Shown: positions 1 to 10,929, counted from the stretch's first letter. The stretch: 32,000 bases of DNA from Archaeoglobus fulgidus DSM 4304 (GCF_000008665.1 NC_000917.1:1680001-1712000), one strand, 5' to 3'. Numbers and translations: made by a program. The notes: a model not told the origin generated them from the letters alone.

Positions 1-1450
<1,450 letters not shown>

Positions 1451-1501
1451 TGGCTATCAAAGGAAAATATTAAGCTTTCGAAATGTGCTCATTTTACAGT
1501 G

Positions 1502-2143
1502 TTACGGTACAATCAACCCAGCGAGTTCGGTTGCACTCACAATCAGGGGCTTTCTCTTCTTCACCTCAATCAACCCCATCTTCTCAAGAGCTGCAAGATG
1601 CCTCCTTATGGTGCTCTCATCCTTGCCCAAGTGCTTGGATAAGCCTCTCACGTCTCTCAGCCCGTTCATAACGGCCTTAAGGACTTCAACTTTATCATCA
1701 CCAAGCGGTGACTTGACTATTTTCAGAACTCCAACGGGCAGCTCCACAATATCAGAGAAATCTTCTTTCTCAATCTCAACTTTCAGGTTTTCTGGCAGCC
1801 CCAACATGCATGCGAGAAGCACGATGACGACCAAAACTCTCATACCTCCGCTGATATTAACAACAACCAAATCATAGCCCTCAACCTCTTTGATTTTATC
1901 CGCAACCTCTCTGATTGCTTTTTCAACACTCTTCAGCTCAACCTGTAGAACTTCAACCTCCACCCTGTCTCCGTAGGAAGTTTCCAGAAGCTTTCGAATC
2001 CACTCGTAAGCCTTTGCCACTCTTTCAACCATCTGCGTCGTTATAAGGATTACTCTGTCCCCTTCTTTGATTCCGTGCCGGAGTATGGCTCTGTAACAGA
2101 ATTTTTCGTCAAAGCCGAGTGTGGCGATTAGTGCAGTTCTCAT
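1502..2143 (-). CDS. csa3: Csa3-like CARF + winged-HTH transcriptional regulator
   Basis: 213-aa ORF with an N-terminal CARF-like fold pattern (MRTALIATLGFDEKFCYRAI...VVNISGGMRVLVVIVLLA) and a C-terminal HTH (LRDVRGLSKHLGKDESTIRRHLAALEKMGLIEVKKRK). Divergent from the type I-A operon. Confidence 0.88.
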   Translation of the reverse strand: MRTALIATLGFDEKFCYRAILRHGIKEGDRVILITTQMVERVAKAYEWIRKLLETSYGDRVEVEVLQVELKSVEKAIREVADKIKEVEGYDLVVVNISGGMRVLVVIVLLACMLGLPENLKVEIEKEDFSDIVELPVGVLKIVKSPLGDDKVEVLKAVMNGLRDVRGLSKHLGKDESTIRRHLAALEKMGLIEVKKRKPLIVSATELAGLIVP

Positions 2144-2221
2144 ACACGTTGTTAATTTGAAAGCAATATTTAGCCTTTTCCGATGTATATTGGTAGCAGA
2201 AAGATTTATATTAAATGAAGT

Positions 2222-2572
2222 ATGAGTTCTACCATGAGTTTCGACAATTTAGCAAAGGTCCTTGCAGTTCTCGTCGCAGAGCAGGGAAGCTACACCTACG
2301 TTGACAAGCTCGGATACGTGCCCTCTAAGGATTTAGCAGTTTTTTACCTGAAGGAGGCCTTGAGAGACCTCCATTCCATCCAGCAGAAGGAAAAATTTGA
2401 AAATGAGAAGGCCAGAGAACTGGTTGGAAAGATTGACTACGAGAGGGTGGAGAAAGAGCTTGAAGATATAGCCAAAACTGACGAGAGGAAGGAGCTGAGA
2501 GAGAAGACCTCTCTCATCGCTGCTAAGGCTCTTGCCCTCTCAGCAAAATTGGGAGGTGGTAGTGGTGAGTGA
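2222..2572 (+). CDS. csa5: Csa5-like small subunit of type I-A Cascade
   Basis: 116-aa largely alpha-helical protein, first gene of the cas operon, immediately upstream of cas7. Size and context fit Csa5. Confidence 0.8.
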   Translation: MSSTMSFDNLAKVLAVLVAEQGSYTYVDKLGYVPSKDLAVFYLKEALRDLHSIQQKEKFENEKARELVGKIDYERVEKELEDIAKTDERKELREKTSLIAAKALALSAKLGGGSGE

Positions 2573-3515
2573 CGTTTTCGTTTCGGTAAGAGGAAGAGTT
2601 ATGCTCAATGTGGAAGCAATGAACATGACTGAGAGCGTTGGAAATTACGTGAAGCACAGAAGAGTGCCCGTAGTTTTGCCTGACGCAAAATACACAACAT
2701 ACTTTGTTCCTGCAATCAGTGGTGAAAGCATTGCCCATGGCTTTCAGGAGGTTCTTGCAGAGGTTGGCAAAAAGAATGGGCTGAAGGTTTGCAAGCTATG
2801 TGAGAAGGGAATTTTCCTTAAGAGCACCAACGAGAACGTTTTCAAGGAGTCCTTCTCATCAGACCCGCCAAAGGACGATTTCGAGTTTGAAAAAACAGTA
2901 ATTGAAAATTGCATTGTTGAGGATGTTGGTGGATTCCTTTACGCTCCCAGAGCAGGTGGAAACGTAAAAAGAACGTCAAACTTCTACACCGGCTACATGA
3001 TTCCCGTAAGGGAGTCCATAGAGGGAGCAGTAATAGAGCCTCAGCTTCACTCAAGGTACGCCCTCGGCACTCCCTTCGTTGAGGGAGGGCAGGGACAGAT
3101 GATTTACTACGTGGAGCTTTCTTCAGCGGTTTACACTTTCAGCTTTGACCTTGATACGAGGTACATTGGAAGGACGACCTTCAGCTATGAAAAAGCTGGG
3201 ACAGAGGTGGGGAAGAGGAGTGAAAGAATTAACGCAGCTCTTGAAGCCCTAAAGAAGTTTCTCATCGAGTTCGCCTTTGGAGCAAAGAAAACGAGGTTTT
3301 TGCCAGTAATGGAATGGGATTCCTTAGTTGTGGCAGTTTCTGACGACGTGTGGACTGTCCCAAGCCCCTACACTGCAGGCTACATAGATAACGCAAGGAA
3401 GAAAAAGGAGAAGGTTAACTTCAACACGAAGCTCTTTGTTTACCCCGAAGGTGGAAGCTTTGAAGAGGTTGTGGTTGAGGCGATTGAGGAGGCGAAGGAG
3501 AGAGCGGGCAAATGA
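2565..3515 (+). CDS. cas7: Cas7/Csa2 (DevR family) backbone subunit; GTG start at 2565 favoured over the ORF-track ATG at 2532
   Basis: VSDVFVSVRGRVMLNVEAMNMTESVGNYVKHRRVPVV...VPAISGESIAHGFQEVLAE is typical Csa2. A GTG start gives a short overlap with the csa5 stop. Confidence 0.9.
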   Translation: MSDVFVSVRGRVMLNVEAMNMTESVGNYVKHRRVPVVLPDAKYTTYFVPAISGESIAHGFQEVLAEVGKKNGLKVCKLCEKGIFLKSTNENVFKESFSSDPPKDDFEFEKTVIENCIVEDVGGFLYAPRAGGNVKRTSNFYTGYMIPVRESIEGAVIEPQLHSRYALGTPFVEGGQGQMIYYVELSSAVYTFSFDLDTRYIGRTTFSYEKAGTEVGKRSERINAALEALKKFLIEFAFGAKKTRFLPVMEWDSLVVAVSDDVWTVPSPYTAGYIDNARKKKEKVNFNTKLFVYPEGGSFEEVVVEAIEEAKERAGK

Positions 3516-4312
3516 TTGGCTATCTCGTTGATGTTGAATTCGTCTGGGGATTTCAGGCGAGGATTGCTGGGCTGTCAAAGACTTCCCCATCCTTTTACTA
3601 TCCCCCTCCAACAACCTTTCTCGGTGCAGTTGCAGAGGCTATTGCAAAGGATAAGGGCATTGGAGAGCAGAGGGGAAAGGAGATAATTTCGGAGCTCGGA
3701 GAGAATCTGCTTGCCATAGGCTGGAAGGCTTTAAACTGCACTCCCCTGAGGTATTCAGATATTAACAGGATTCTCGCTGTCAAAATCACTTCAGGTGTTC
3801 TTTACCCCAATCCCCAAGACCTTGCAAAGTCCTTCGACTCCCCCGCAAGAGGGAAAACCATCTTATCCTCGCTAAACGATGAGGCTCCAAAAATAAGATG
3901 GTTCCTCGTATTCAAAGAGGAAGCAGTAGAGGAGAAAATCCTGTGGAAAATACACAGAATCGGCTCGAAGGAGAGCAGAGTGGCGGTTGTGGACGTCAAA
4001 AAGGTGAAGGTCACGCAGAAGGATGGTCTTATTTCAACAGATTACAGCTTTCCCGCAGAGGACGGTGTGGAACTCAGGGGAATCCTGAGCCAGAGATGGG
4101 AGTTTGAGGTTTATCTGAATCCTTTTGAGGTGAAGTATTCAGAGAAGGAAAACCCCCTAATGAGCTACATCTCTGGGAAGAAGGCGGTGCTCTACAGAAT
4201 TCCCATTATGACCTCCATATTTTCAACGCCCGAATGTTTGGTAGAGGTGGGGGGCGACTTCAAAGCCTACGAGGCTGGCGGAGAGGTGGTGATTGGTAGA
4301 TGCTCAAAGTGA
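3512..4312 (+). CDS. cas5: Cas5a
   Basis: MIGYLVDVEFVWGFQARIAGLSKTSPSFYYPPPTTFLGAVAEAIAKDKG matches a Cas5 N-terminus. ATGA overlap with cas7. Confidence 0.88.
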   Translation: MIGYLVDVEFVWGFQARIAGLSKTSPSFYYPPPTTFLGAVAEAIAKDKGIGEQRGKEIISELGENLLAIGWKALNCTPLRYSDINRILAVKITSGVLYPNPQDLAKSFDSPARGKTILSSLNDEAPKIRWFLVFKEEAVEEKILWKIHRIGSKESRVAVVDVKKVKVTQKDGLISTDYSFPAEDGVELRGILSQRWEFEVYLNPFEVKYSEKENPLMSYISGKKAVLYRIPIMTSIFSTPECLVEVGGDFKAYEAGGEVVIGRCSK

Positions 4313-5472
4313 AACTCTCGCTGCCTCCAGACTCGACCTTTTTAAGCCAACTGATTTACGAAAGCCTTCTTTACCTCTCTGGAAAAAAGCTTGCAAAGTT
4401 TGAAAACGGAGAGCTCTTGATTGAATCCATTTCAAAGGCTCTTGAAACTTTTGATGATGAAAGAGTGGGCGAAATTCGGATTGTAATGTCTGGAAATGAT
4501 AACATTAACGCCAAAATCTTCGAAACTTTTGGGATAGGTGGGGTAAAAAGCAGAAAAACCTACTACGACCTCATCGCTTTACTTAAGGAGCACAGGGATA
4601 AAATCTCCACCAAAGATGAGTCGGAAATCCATCTCAATATAAAGGGAAAAGACGTTTTCATGGATATAAACAGCAAATCCGACGGTATTGCGGCACCACA
4701 ACTCCTCAAAGTTGACAGATACACCGGCTTCTCCTCCCTCGACACCCCCTACACCTCTCAGCAGCTAACCTTTTACCTCTCAAAGGAGGTTGCTCTCCTC
4801 GCGCTGCTGGGAATCTACTCCTCTTTCGTGACCAACGTCAGGCAGCAACAGCAGAGCTACTACTACTTCCTTTTCTTCTCCCCGGAAGAGGTTGCAGGGC
4901 TGCTAAACAGTCCATCCTTAGCTGAGAAGTTTTTCTTGGTAAAAGAGAGCGTAAGGGAGAGCCTGCGAGAGCTTTTAAGGAGGACAACGTTTAACGAGCT
5001 TTTGCTGATTGAGACAACTCTAAACCTTGAGCTGCAGAGGCTCATGGAGACAGAAAATCTGGATAAGATCTCTTTGACACTTTTCAAGATTGCCCACGAA
5101 GGTCAAACTTACAAGATTTACGAGCAAATACCCATAACAGTTTACAGAAATCCAGCTTTTTACGAAACAGCCAAAAAGTACTTCAGAGACCCGTTAAAAT
5201 TCTCTGAGAAGTTGCGAAAAGCCATTACACAGGGAGTAATTCCCTCAGCCCTTGCAATTCTAAGCACCAAAAACAAGTACAGCGAGGCTGACAACATTCT
5301 AAAAGCAATCCAGATGCTCTACAGGTTCGTGGTTCTTGGCGACCTGCAGGGATGGTTTGGTTTTTTGAGGGAGCTCAACAATGCACACTCGAAGCTCAAG
5401 AACAGCAGTGACGGAAGGGAGAAGAAAAGGGCAGGTCAGTATCTCAACATTGTGAAAGAGGTAGCATGGTAA
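4300..5472 (+). CDS. Csa4/Cas8a-like large subunit candidate of the type I-A effector
   Basis: 390-aa ORF between cas5 and cas3', overlapping both neighbours; position and size fit Csa4 (Cas8a2). The call rests mainly on synteny. Confidence 0.68.
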   Translation: MLKVKLSLPPDSTFLSQLIYESLLYLSGKKLAKFENGELLIESISKALETFDDERVGEIRIVMSGNDNINAKIFETFGIGGVKSRKTYYDLIALLKEHRDKISTKDESEIHLNIKGKDVFMDINSKSDGIAAPQLLKVDRYTGFSSLDTPYTSQQLTFYLSKEVALLALLGIYSSFVTNVRQQQQSYYYFLFFSPEEVAGLLNSPSLAEKFFLVKESVRESLRELLRRTTFNELLLIETTLNLELQRLMETENLDKISLTLFKIAHEGQTYKIYEQIPITVYRNPAFYETAKKYFRDPLKFSEKLRKAITQGVIPSALAILSTKNKYSEADNILKAIQMLYRFVVLGDLQGWFGFLRELNNAHSKLKNSSDGREKKRAGQYLNIVKEVAW

Positions 5473-7106
5473 CGCTATCCGAAATCTACGGGGAGATTGT
5501 GGAAAAATGGTTTGGAGGCAGAGACGAAAGACCCTTCATCGCCAACGCCATCAGAGAAATTGAAAAAAACTGGGACAGGAACATCTTCGTCATAGAAGCT
5601 CCAACAGGCTACGGAAAGTCCACGATTTCTGCCACTATTGCTGCATACTCTTTACAAGAGGAGCTTAAATCAATAATAGCTTTCCCGCTCAGAACGCTCC
5701 TTGAGGACCAGTATAACAAGTTTAAGGGCCTGTTTGGCAACAAATTAGGAAAGAGGTACATGCACAACCCCGACTCCCCTTACCTGATTAAGCCCGTCAC
5801 CCTAACAACCATCGACACCCTTGCCCTGACACTCTTCGGCATTCCTCCAGAAGACCTTGATAAGGCGGTAAAATACTGGGATGGCACATCTTCGGGCTCT
5901 CTCGGCCATTATCTTTTTTCTCAGGCCTCGGTGGCTTTATCCAACATCGTTCTTGATGAGGTGCATCTTCTCGCAGACTCAACCAAATCTCTCAATTTCC
6001 TCTTTGCCCTCATGCATGCTGCGATTGATAATGACCAGAAGCTCGTCCTGATGTCCGCAACAATACCCGAAGCGCTAAAGAAAAGAATAAAGGAGTTTAA
6101 TCCCGATGTGTGTATGGTAGAGTTTAATGAGTCGTTCGACAGAAAATTCGTTGAAGAAAGAAGAAAGAAAAAATACCGTATTAATTTGATTGCTCTGGCA
6201 TCGGTTGAGAAGTTTGGAAGTCTGGAGAGGATCCTGCTGGAAGGATCGAAGAAGTTCTCAAAAATCACAGTGGTTTTTAACACAATTGGCGATGCTGTTT
6301 ACTTTTACAACAATATAAAGGAAAAGATTCCCGAGTTTAAAAAGCTCCTCCTTCATTCAAGATTCAGCGAAATGGATAGGGAGAAAAAGGCTGAGCTGCT
6401 CGCAGAGATGAAAAAATCGGAAAAATTTGTAATCGTGACAACTCAGGTGATAGAGGCGGGAGTGGACATCTCATCCAACTTATTCATAACAGAAATTGCT
6501 CCTGCCAGCTCTTTAATCCAGCGCCTCGGAAGATTTCTGAGGTATGGGGAAAGGGAGGGGGAAGTTTACATCTGGTATGAGGTGGATGACAGAGGAGAGC
6601 TTGCTCGCTGGAAAGATGACAGGTACAAGGTTTACGACTACAGTCTTACCGCTCTAACGCTTGAAAAACTCGCAGAGATGAAAAACTTCAGCGTGCACGT
6701 TGATTACGACAGATTGCTTGACGTGTATGGGGAATTTGAGGTTGACGAAAGGGGCGTGAATGATTTGAGAAGGATACTGATGAACTTCGAAAACATCAAT
6801 TCAGCGGTTGAAAAATTCTTTGAGCTGGAAGGTAGCTTCGTCAGAGACTCGTTTATAATACCAGTAGTTCCTTACAGCGTTATTGAGGAAAAAAGAAGGT
6901 CCTCGAAGGTTCCAGTATCCTTTGAAACTTTCAAGAACTTCAAGGTTTATGGCTGCATAGTTTCAGATGAATTCGTTAGCGCTGAAAAGTTAAAATGCAA
7001 TCTCAGCTCCCCCAAAGCCCTTCTCAGAGACATGATTAGGAAGTCAATAGCCGCATTTGTTGTTGACGGAGATTATGACAGCGAGATGGGGCTGGTGAAA
7101 AGATGA
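5466..7106 (+). CDS. cas3: Cas3' superfamily 2 helicase (without HD domain)
   Basis: Walker A IEAPTGYGKST, Walker B/DExH IVLDEVHLLAD, motif III LMSATIPE, motif VI-like region VTTQVIEAGVDISSN...SLIQRLGRFLRYG. Confidence 0.92.
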   Translation: MVTLSEIYGEIVEKWFGGRDERPFIANAIREIEKNWDRNIFVIEAPTGYGKSTISATIAAYSLQEELKSIIAFPLRTLLEDQYNKFKGLFGNKLGKRYMHNPDSPYLIKPVTLTTIDTLALTLFGIPPEDLDKAVKYWDGTSSGSLGHYLFSQASVALSNIVLDEVHLLADSTKSLNFLFALMHAAIDNDQKLVLMSATIPEALKKRIKEFNPDVCMVEFNESFDRKFVEERRKKKYRINLIALASVEKFGSLERILLEGSKKFSKITVVFNTIGDAVYFYNNIKEKIPEFKKLLLHSRFSEMDREKKAELLAEMKKSEKFVIVTTQVIEAGVDISSNLFITEIAPASSLIQRLGRFLRYGEREGEVYIWYEVDDRGELARWKDDRYKVYDYSLTALTLEKLAEMKNFSVHVDYDRLLDVYGEFEVDERGVNDLRRILMNFENINSAVEKFFELEGSFVRDSFIIPVVPYSVIEEKRRSSKVPVSFETFKNFKVYGCIVSDEFVSAEKLKCNLSSPKALLRDMIRKSIAAFVVDGDYDSEMGLVKR

Positions 7107-7828
7107 GGATATACAGCTTCTACAATGAGAATGCCAGAAGGGAGACGCTTGAGGAGCATGTAGCTACTGCCCTCAAACTGCTGGACTCGGCAGAGAACTC
7201 AAAGCTGGTAAAATACGGAAAAAAGCTAAGCCCCGAATTTGAGAGGGCGGTGAAGCTTGCCATTATTTTCCACGATACGGGGAAGGTTTTCTTTCAGATT
7301 AAAAAGGGATATGGATACATGAGCTTCAGAGGGCATGAGTATTTCTCCACCTACATTTTCGACGTTTTCGCCCGCAGATTAATCAAAAGCGAAATTGAGA
7401 ACTACGAAGCTCTTTCTGAACTCAGAAAAATCTGCAATTTTTCAATCTTCTTCCATCACCACGCTATGAACATTCGGATGAGGGAGCCAGAGGCAGGAAG
7501 TAACATAAAAGCAGGGTTAAAGCTTCTCGATGTTCTCTACAGCGAAGTTAAGCGTTTTCTGGAGGATAAAGAGAAGAAAGCTTTGAAGGCGGCTTTGGAG
7601 GAAGTAAAAGAAAAAGGAACCGCAAATTTAACAGGATACGTTAAAGGCGAAATAGTAAGAGAGGTGTGGAGAAATGCGATGGACAGCAGCAAATTGAAGA
7701 GGCTTTGCTACCTGAACCTTCTCGTTTTAATCGCCGCAGATTACAGCTCAGCAGCTTTGAACAGAGGAGGTAACAAAACACCCTTCGGAAGAGTGGTGGA
7801 GGAGTTCAGCGAGTTCTATTTAAAGTAG
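7103..7828 (+). CDS. Cas3'' HD nuclease
   Basis: HD-nuclease pattern: EEHVATALKLL, AIIFHDTGKVFF, FRGHEYFS, FFHHHAMNIR. Overlaps the cas3' stop (ATGA). Confidence 0.9.
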   Translation: MRIYSFYNENARRETLEEHVATALKLLDSAENSKLVKYGKKLSPEFERAVKLAIIFHDTGKVFFQIKKGYGYMSFRGHEYFSTYIFDVFARRLIKSEIENYEALSELRKICNFSIFFHHHAMNIRMREPEAGSNIKAGLKLLDVLYSEVKRFLEDKEKKALKAALEEVKEKGTANLTGYVKGEIVREVWRNAMDSSKLKRLCYLNLLVLIAADYSSAALNRGGNKTPFGRVVEEFSEFYLK

Positions 7829-7857
7829 GTTTTTTAACCTCTGCTTATAATTAAGCT

Positions 7858-8142
7858 ATGCTCCACCTCGTCGTTTACGACATAAGCGATGATGGCAGTA
7901 GGGCAAGGCTGGCAAAGCTCCTCGAAAAGTTTGGATTGCAGAGGGTGCAGTATTCAGCCTTCCGTGGAGAGCTGAATCCCAACGACAGAGAGGTTCTGGC
8001 GAGGCAGGTGGGAAAATTTGTGAGGGATGATAGGGACTGCATCTTCATCATCCCTCTCTGCCAGCGCTGCTCCTCCACCGCAATTGTAATCAGCAACACG
8101 GGAGTTGAGCTTGTAAAGGAGAAGGGAGTGGAGTTCGTTTAA
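7858..8142 (+). CDS. cas2: Cas2
   Basis: MLHLVVYDISDDGSRARLAKLLEKFGLQRVQYSAFRGELN, 94 aa, canonical Cas2. Confidence 0.93.
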   Translation: MLHLVVYDISDDGSRARLAKLLEKFGLQRVQYSAFRGELNPNDREVLARQVGKFVRDDRDCIFIIPLCQRCSSTAIVISNTGVELVKEKGVEFV

Positions 8143-8163
8143 TGGCTCACAACTCCCAAGCAG

Positions 8164-8733
8164 CTAAACGCAGAACTCCCTAACTTCGCAGTAACCGCAC
8201 TTTTTCGATTTGGACGTTCTGGGATACTTTTCTTCCTCAATCAGCCTCTCTATTTCCTTTATTATCCTTAAAAGTGCTTTCCTGTCATCAGGAGATATGC
8301 TGACCTCCACAAATTTTCCCTGATTGAGAAGAAAGAGATAACCCTTCCTCACCTCAACTGCGTAGTTCTCCTCAACAAGCAGGGCGTAGGCAGTTAGCTG
8401 CATCTTCCATGCGTAGGTGATGGACTGAAATCTCGTCAGCTTCACGTCAACGGGAAAGGCCCCTCCATCAACAATCACAAGAGCGTCGAGCACACCCTTC
8501 AGCCCATATCTTTTGCTCTCAAGATAAACCGACGTTAAAAGCTCTCCTTTCAACTTTCTGGCAAAGCTCCTCAGCTTTCCCCTCGCCTCTTCCTGCGCAG
8601 CCTTTCCCTCCTCCATTTTCGGCTTAGAAATCCTTATCCCTGCTATTTTTAAAAAATAAAGCTTCCTCGGGCAATAAAGATACTGAACTATGTCGCTAAC
8701 ATCCATTTTACCACTTCTGAACAAACCCCTCAT
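8164..8733 (-). CDS. cas4: Cas4 (RecB-like, Fe-S)
   Basis: DIVQYLYCPRKLYFLKIAGI, VDVKLTR nuclease motif, C-terminal KKCGYCEVREFC. Overlaps cas1. Confidence 0.88.
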   Translation of the reverse strand: MRGLFRSGKMDVSDIVQYLYCPRKLYFLKIAGIRISKPKMEEGKAAQEEARGKLRSFARKLKGELLTSVYLESKRYGLKGVLDALVIVDGGAFPVDVKLTRFQSITYAWKMQLTAYALLVEENYAVEVRKGYLFLLNQGKFVEVSISPDDRKALLRIIKEIERLIEEEKYPRTSKSKKCGYCEVREFCV

Positions 8734-9751
8734 ACCTCCTCTCTCCTCTTAGAAAAGCAACAACATCTCTGGCGTGCAGGAGGATAATGGAGGAGTATGC
8801 AAGGTTTCTACCCCTGTATTGCGTTTTTGAGTCCAATCTTTCAAGCAGACTTGCTAATAGAAGTCTCCTCGCATTATCGCTCAGCTGGCAGACCATATTT
8901 CTCTTCTCGCAGTCCTCGGGCTTAATCTGCCTGTAAGAAATGAGCCTCAGCACCACTCTGTCAACAACCTGCTGCCTGAAGTTCTCCATTAAGTCTATGG
9001 CGAGGGAGCTTCTTCCTGAGACGTCCACATGAAGAAAACCTGCATAAGGATCAAGACCCGCAAGCTCAACAGCCTTGACACATTCGGCAAGCAGTATAGA
9101 ATAGCCGTAGTTGAGCATAGCGTTCACAATATCCTTGGCATATCTCGGACTTCCGATTTCAATCCCTCTCCTTCCGTTAAACCGATACTCCTCCGGAATA
9201 ACGAGAGATATAGCATCCCAGTAATGTTTCGAAGCTTTACCCTCAATTCCGAGCAATCTTTCCCTCACTTTGTCGATCATCTCTGCCTCCACGCCATCCA
9301 GTTCGTTCAGACAAGCATCTATTTCCTTCTTAGCCTTCAGGAGCGATTCAGCTACTTCCGGATTCGAATCTTTCCTTGCCTTAGCAAGATTTGTAAGAAT
9401 GGCCATTTGGTTGGCCATCTTTGCTTTGATGAACTCCTTCGCCAGATGAACTCCTCTTTTATCGCCGTATGCAAGATACTGCTCTCTTCTCGTTTTTGCT
9501 GTGCCAATCAGAGGATGGCTCAGCCTTCCGAGAATTTCGCCATTGAAATCGAGAAAAACCACGTCCACTCGATTTTTGAGCAATAGCTTGATAGCATCGC
9601 TGCTTATTGCTGCTTTCCCGATAATCAGAACCTGCTTCAGGTCCTCAGGTCTGACTTTCCTCAATGCCTTGCCCTTCTCCTTAACGACAATCAGCCCGTT
9701 TTCAATTCCAAGATACTTTCCAAAGCCATCGACAACGAGCCTCATAGGCAA
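8708..9751 (-). CDS. cas1: Cas1 integrase
   Basis: LVVDGFGKYLGIENGLIVV, LLKNRVDVVFLDFNGEILGRL, EGKASKHYWDAI, YAGFLHVDVSGRSSLAIDLMENFRQQVVDR. Confidence 0.95.
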   Translation of the reverse strand: MPMRLVVDGFGKYLGIENGLIVVKEKGKALRKVRPEDLKQVLIIGKAAISSDAIKLLLKNRVDVVFLDFNGEILGRLSHPLIGTAKTRREQYLAYGDKRGVHLAKEFIKAKMANQMAILTNLAKARKDSNPEVAESLLKAKKEIDACLNELDGVEAEMIDKVRERLLGIEGKASKHYWDAISLVIPEEYRFNGRRGIEIGSPRYAKDIVNAMLNYGYSILLAECVKAVELAGLDPYAGFLHVDVSGRSSLAIDLMENFRQQVVDRVVLRLISYRQIKPEDCEKRNMVCQLSDNARRLLLASLLERLDSKTQYRGRNLAYSSIILLHARDVVAFLRGERRYEGFVQKW

Positions 9752-10587
9752 AAGGCATTAAACAGGCAGTTACTGCTGCAGCTCTTCGCCACTCCCGGAT
9801 CAGCCTCATTAAAAACGATTTCAGCCTTTCTGTCCCTCTCCTCAATCCACCAGCTTCTCAGATTTGCGTCGATGTAATGGAGGTCCTTGCTGACTCTCAT
9901 TCTCTCACCGTTGAATGTGATGGAGATTATACAGCCCACATCAACAGGAATCTCGTGAATGCTTTCGAGAACGAGAGCGTAGCCGGTGGTGTAGAGCCTC
10001 ATTTCTTCATTGAACTCCCCAACTTTCAAATCGAAAACGACGTTTCTGAGATAGTCGTAGCAATCAACTGATATCAGCCCGCTGCAGCCGAGAAGGGAGC
10101 CATCCATTCTGTGCTCAACGAGAAAAGGCATGGACGTGAGAAGAACGCCCTCTTCGGTGGCGTAGGGTTGTTCAGACCTGACCTTGAGGTAGGATGATTG
10201 GCACAGGGACATGGTGTATTCCCATACTGCTTTAACTGCAACATTAATCATCTCGTTATCGTAATTCGGAGGCTCTGCAGAGAAATTCTTACTCTTCGCC
10301 TCTCTTATAGCTTTTGCAACAGCTTCGTGAATGGCTTTACCGAGAGAAACAGGAAAGCTCTCCTCTCCCCTCACCTTCTCAACCATTGTGAGATAAACAT
10401 CCCTCGACGTAGGGCAGTATCTGCTGCAGATGAGGTACATGGGGAGCTTAACATTGTAGTAGGGCTTGAGCGGAGGAGAATGCCAGTTCCACCCTCTGAG
10501 CTCCTCAGGAACGGGATTCTGCCTGATTCTTGGCCTTAGCTCAAGGGTGAGAAACTTATGCTCCAGCTCGTTAAGAAAGTAAACCAT
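9742..10587 (-). CDS. csa1: Csa1, a second Cas4-family protein
   Basis: 281-aa ORF with cysteines YLICSRYCPTSRD and CSSNCLFNAFC, nuclease-like VVFDLKVGEFNEEMRLYTTGYALVLES. First gene of the adaptation operon, next to the leader. Confidence 0.85.
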   Translation of the reverse strand: MVYFLNELEHKFLTLELRPRIRQNPVPEELRGWNWHSPPLKPYYNVKLPMYLICSRYCPTSRDVYLTMVEKVRGEESFPVSLGKAIHEAVAKAIREAKSKNFSAEPPNYDNEMINVAVKAVWEYTMSLCQSSYLKVRSEQPYATEEGVLLTSMPFLVEHRMDGSLLGCSGLISVDCYDYLRNVVFDLKVGEFNEEMRLYTTGYALVLESIHEIPVDVGCIISITFNGERMRVSKDLHYIDANLRSWWIEERDRKAEIVFNEADPGVAKSCSSNCLFNAFCL

Positions 10588-10929
10588 GAATTAATTAGGC
10601 ATAGCCATACTTATAGTTTTCCACACGATACAAAGGAAGTGATGCCCGAATAGTTTAAGATTTAAACTAATTATTTTTTGATTGTCAAGAAAGTCCAAAA
10701 TGAATGGAGGGATTTCGTGAGTTTTGATAGAGAATGGAAAGTTTTGGGTGGTGAAAAATTGTGGGTTAGTTTTAAGAATTGGCTGTTGGGTTAACGAAGC
10801 TATCCTATTCCGCAAACTGCTCCGGCATCCCTTTATAAATACAGTGTTAGTTTTGAGGTATGCTGCAATGGGCGGGAGAAGGGGGCAGTTAACTTTAAAT
10901 ATTAGGTGAATGGAGGGATTTTAGGGAGG
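10588..10929 (+). promoter_or_regulatory. CRISPR leader and divergent promoter region between csa1 and the array
   Basis: 342 nt with no supported ORF, AT-rich segments and poly-T (TTTAAACTAATTATTTTTTG). BoxA-like CTTTATAAATA (10831-10841) and CTTTAAATATT (10893-10903). Adjacent to the canonical-repeat end of the array; the degenerate repeat is at the opposite end. Confidence 0.8.

Noticed and set aside
9029-10539. Plus-strand ORFs within 9029-10539 (185, 86, 64 and 113 aa)
   Set aside because: Antisense to the well-supported cas1 and csa1 genes.
10591-10909. 74-aa (minus) and 61-aa (plus) ORFs in the leader
   Set aside because: They lie in the leader/promoter region and have atypical composition, no RBS I could defend and no family resemblance.
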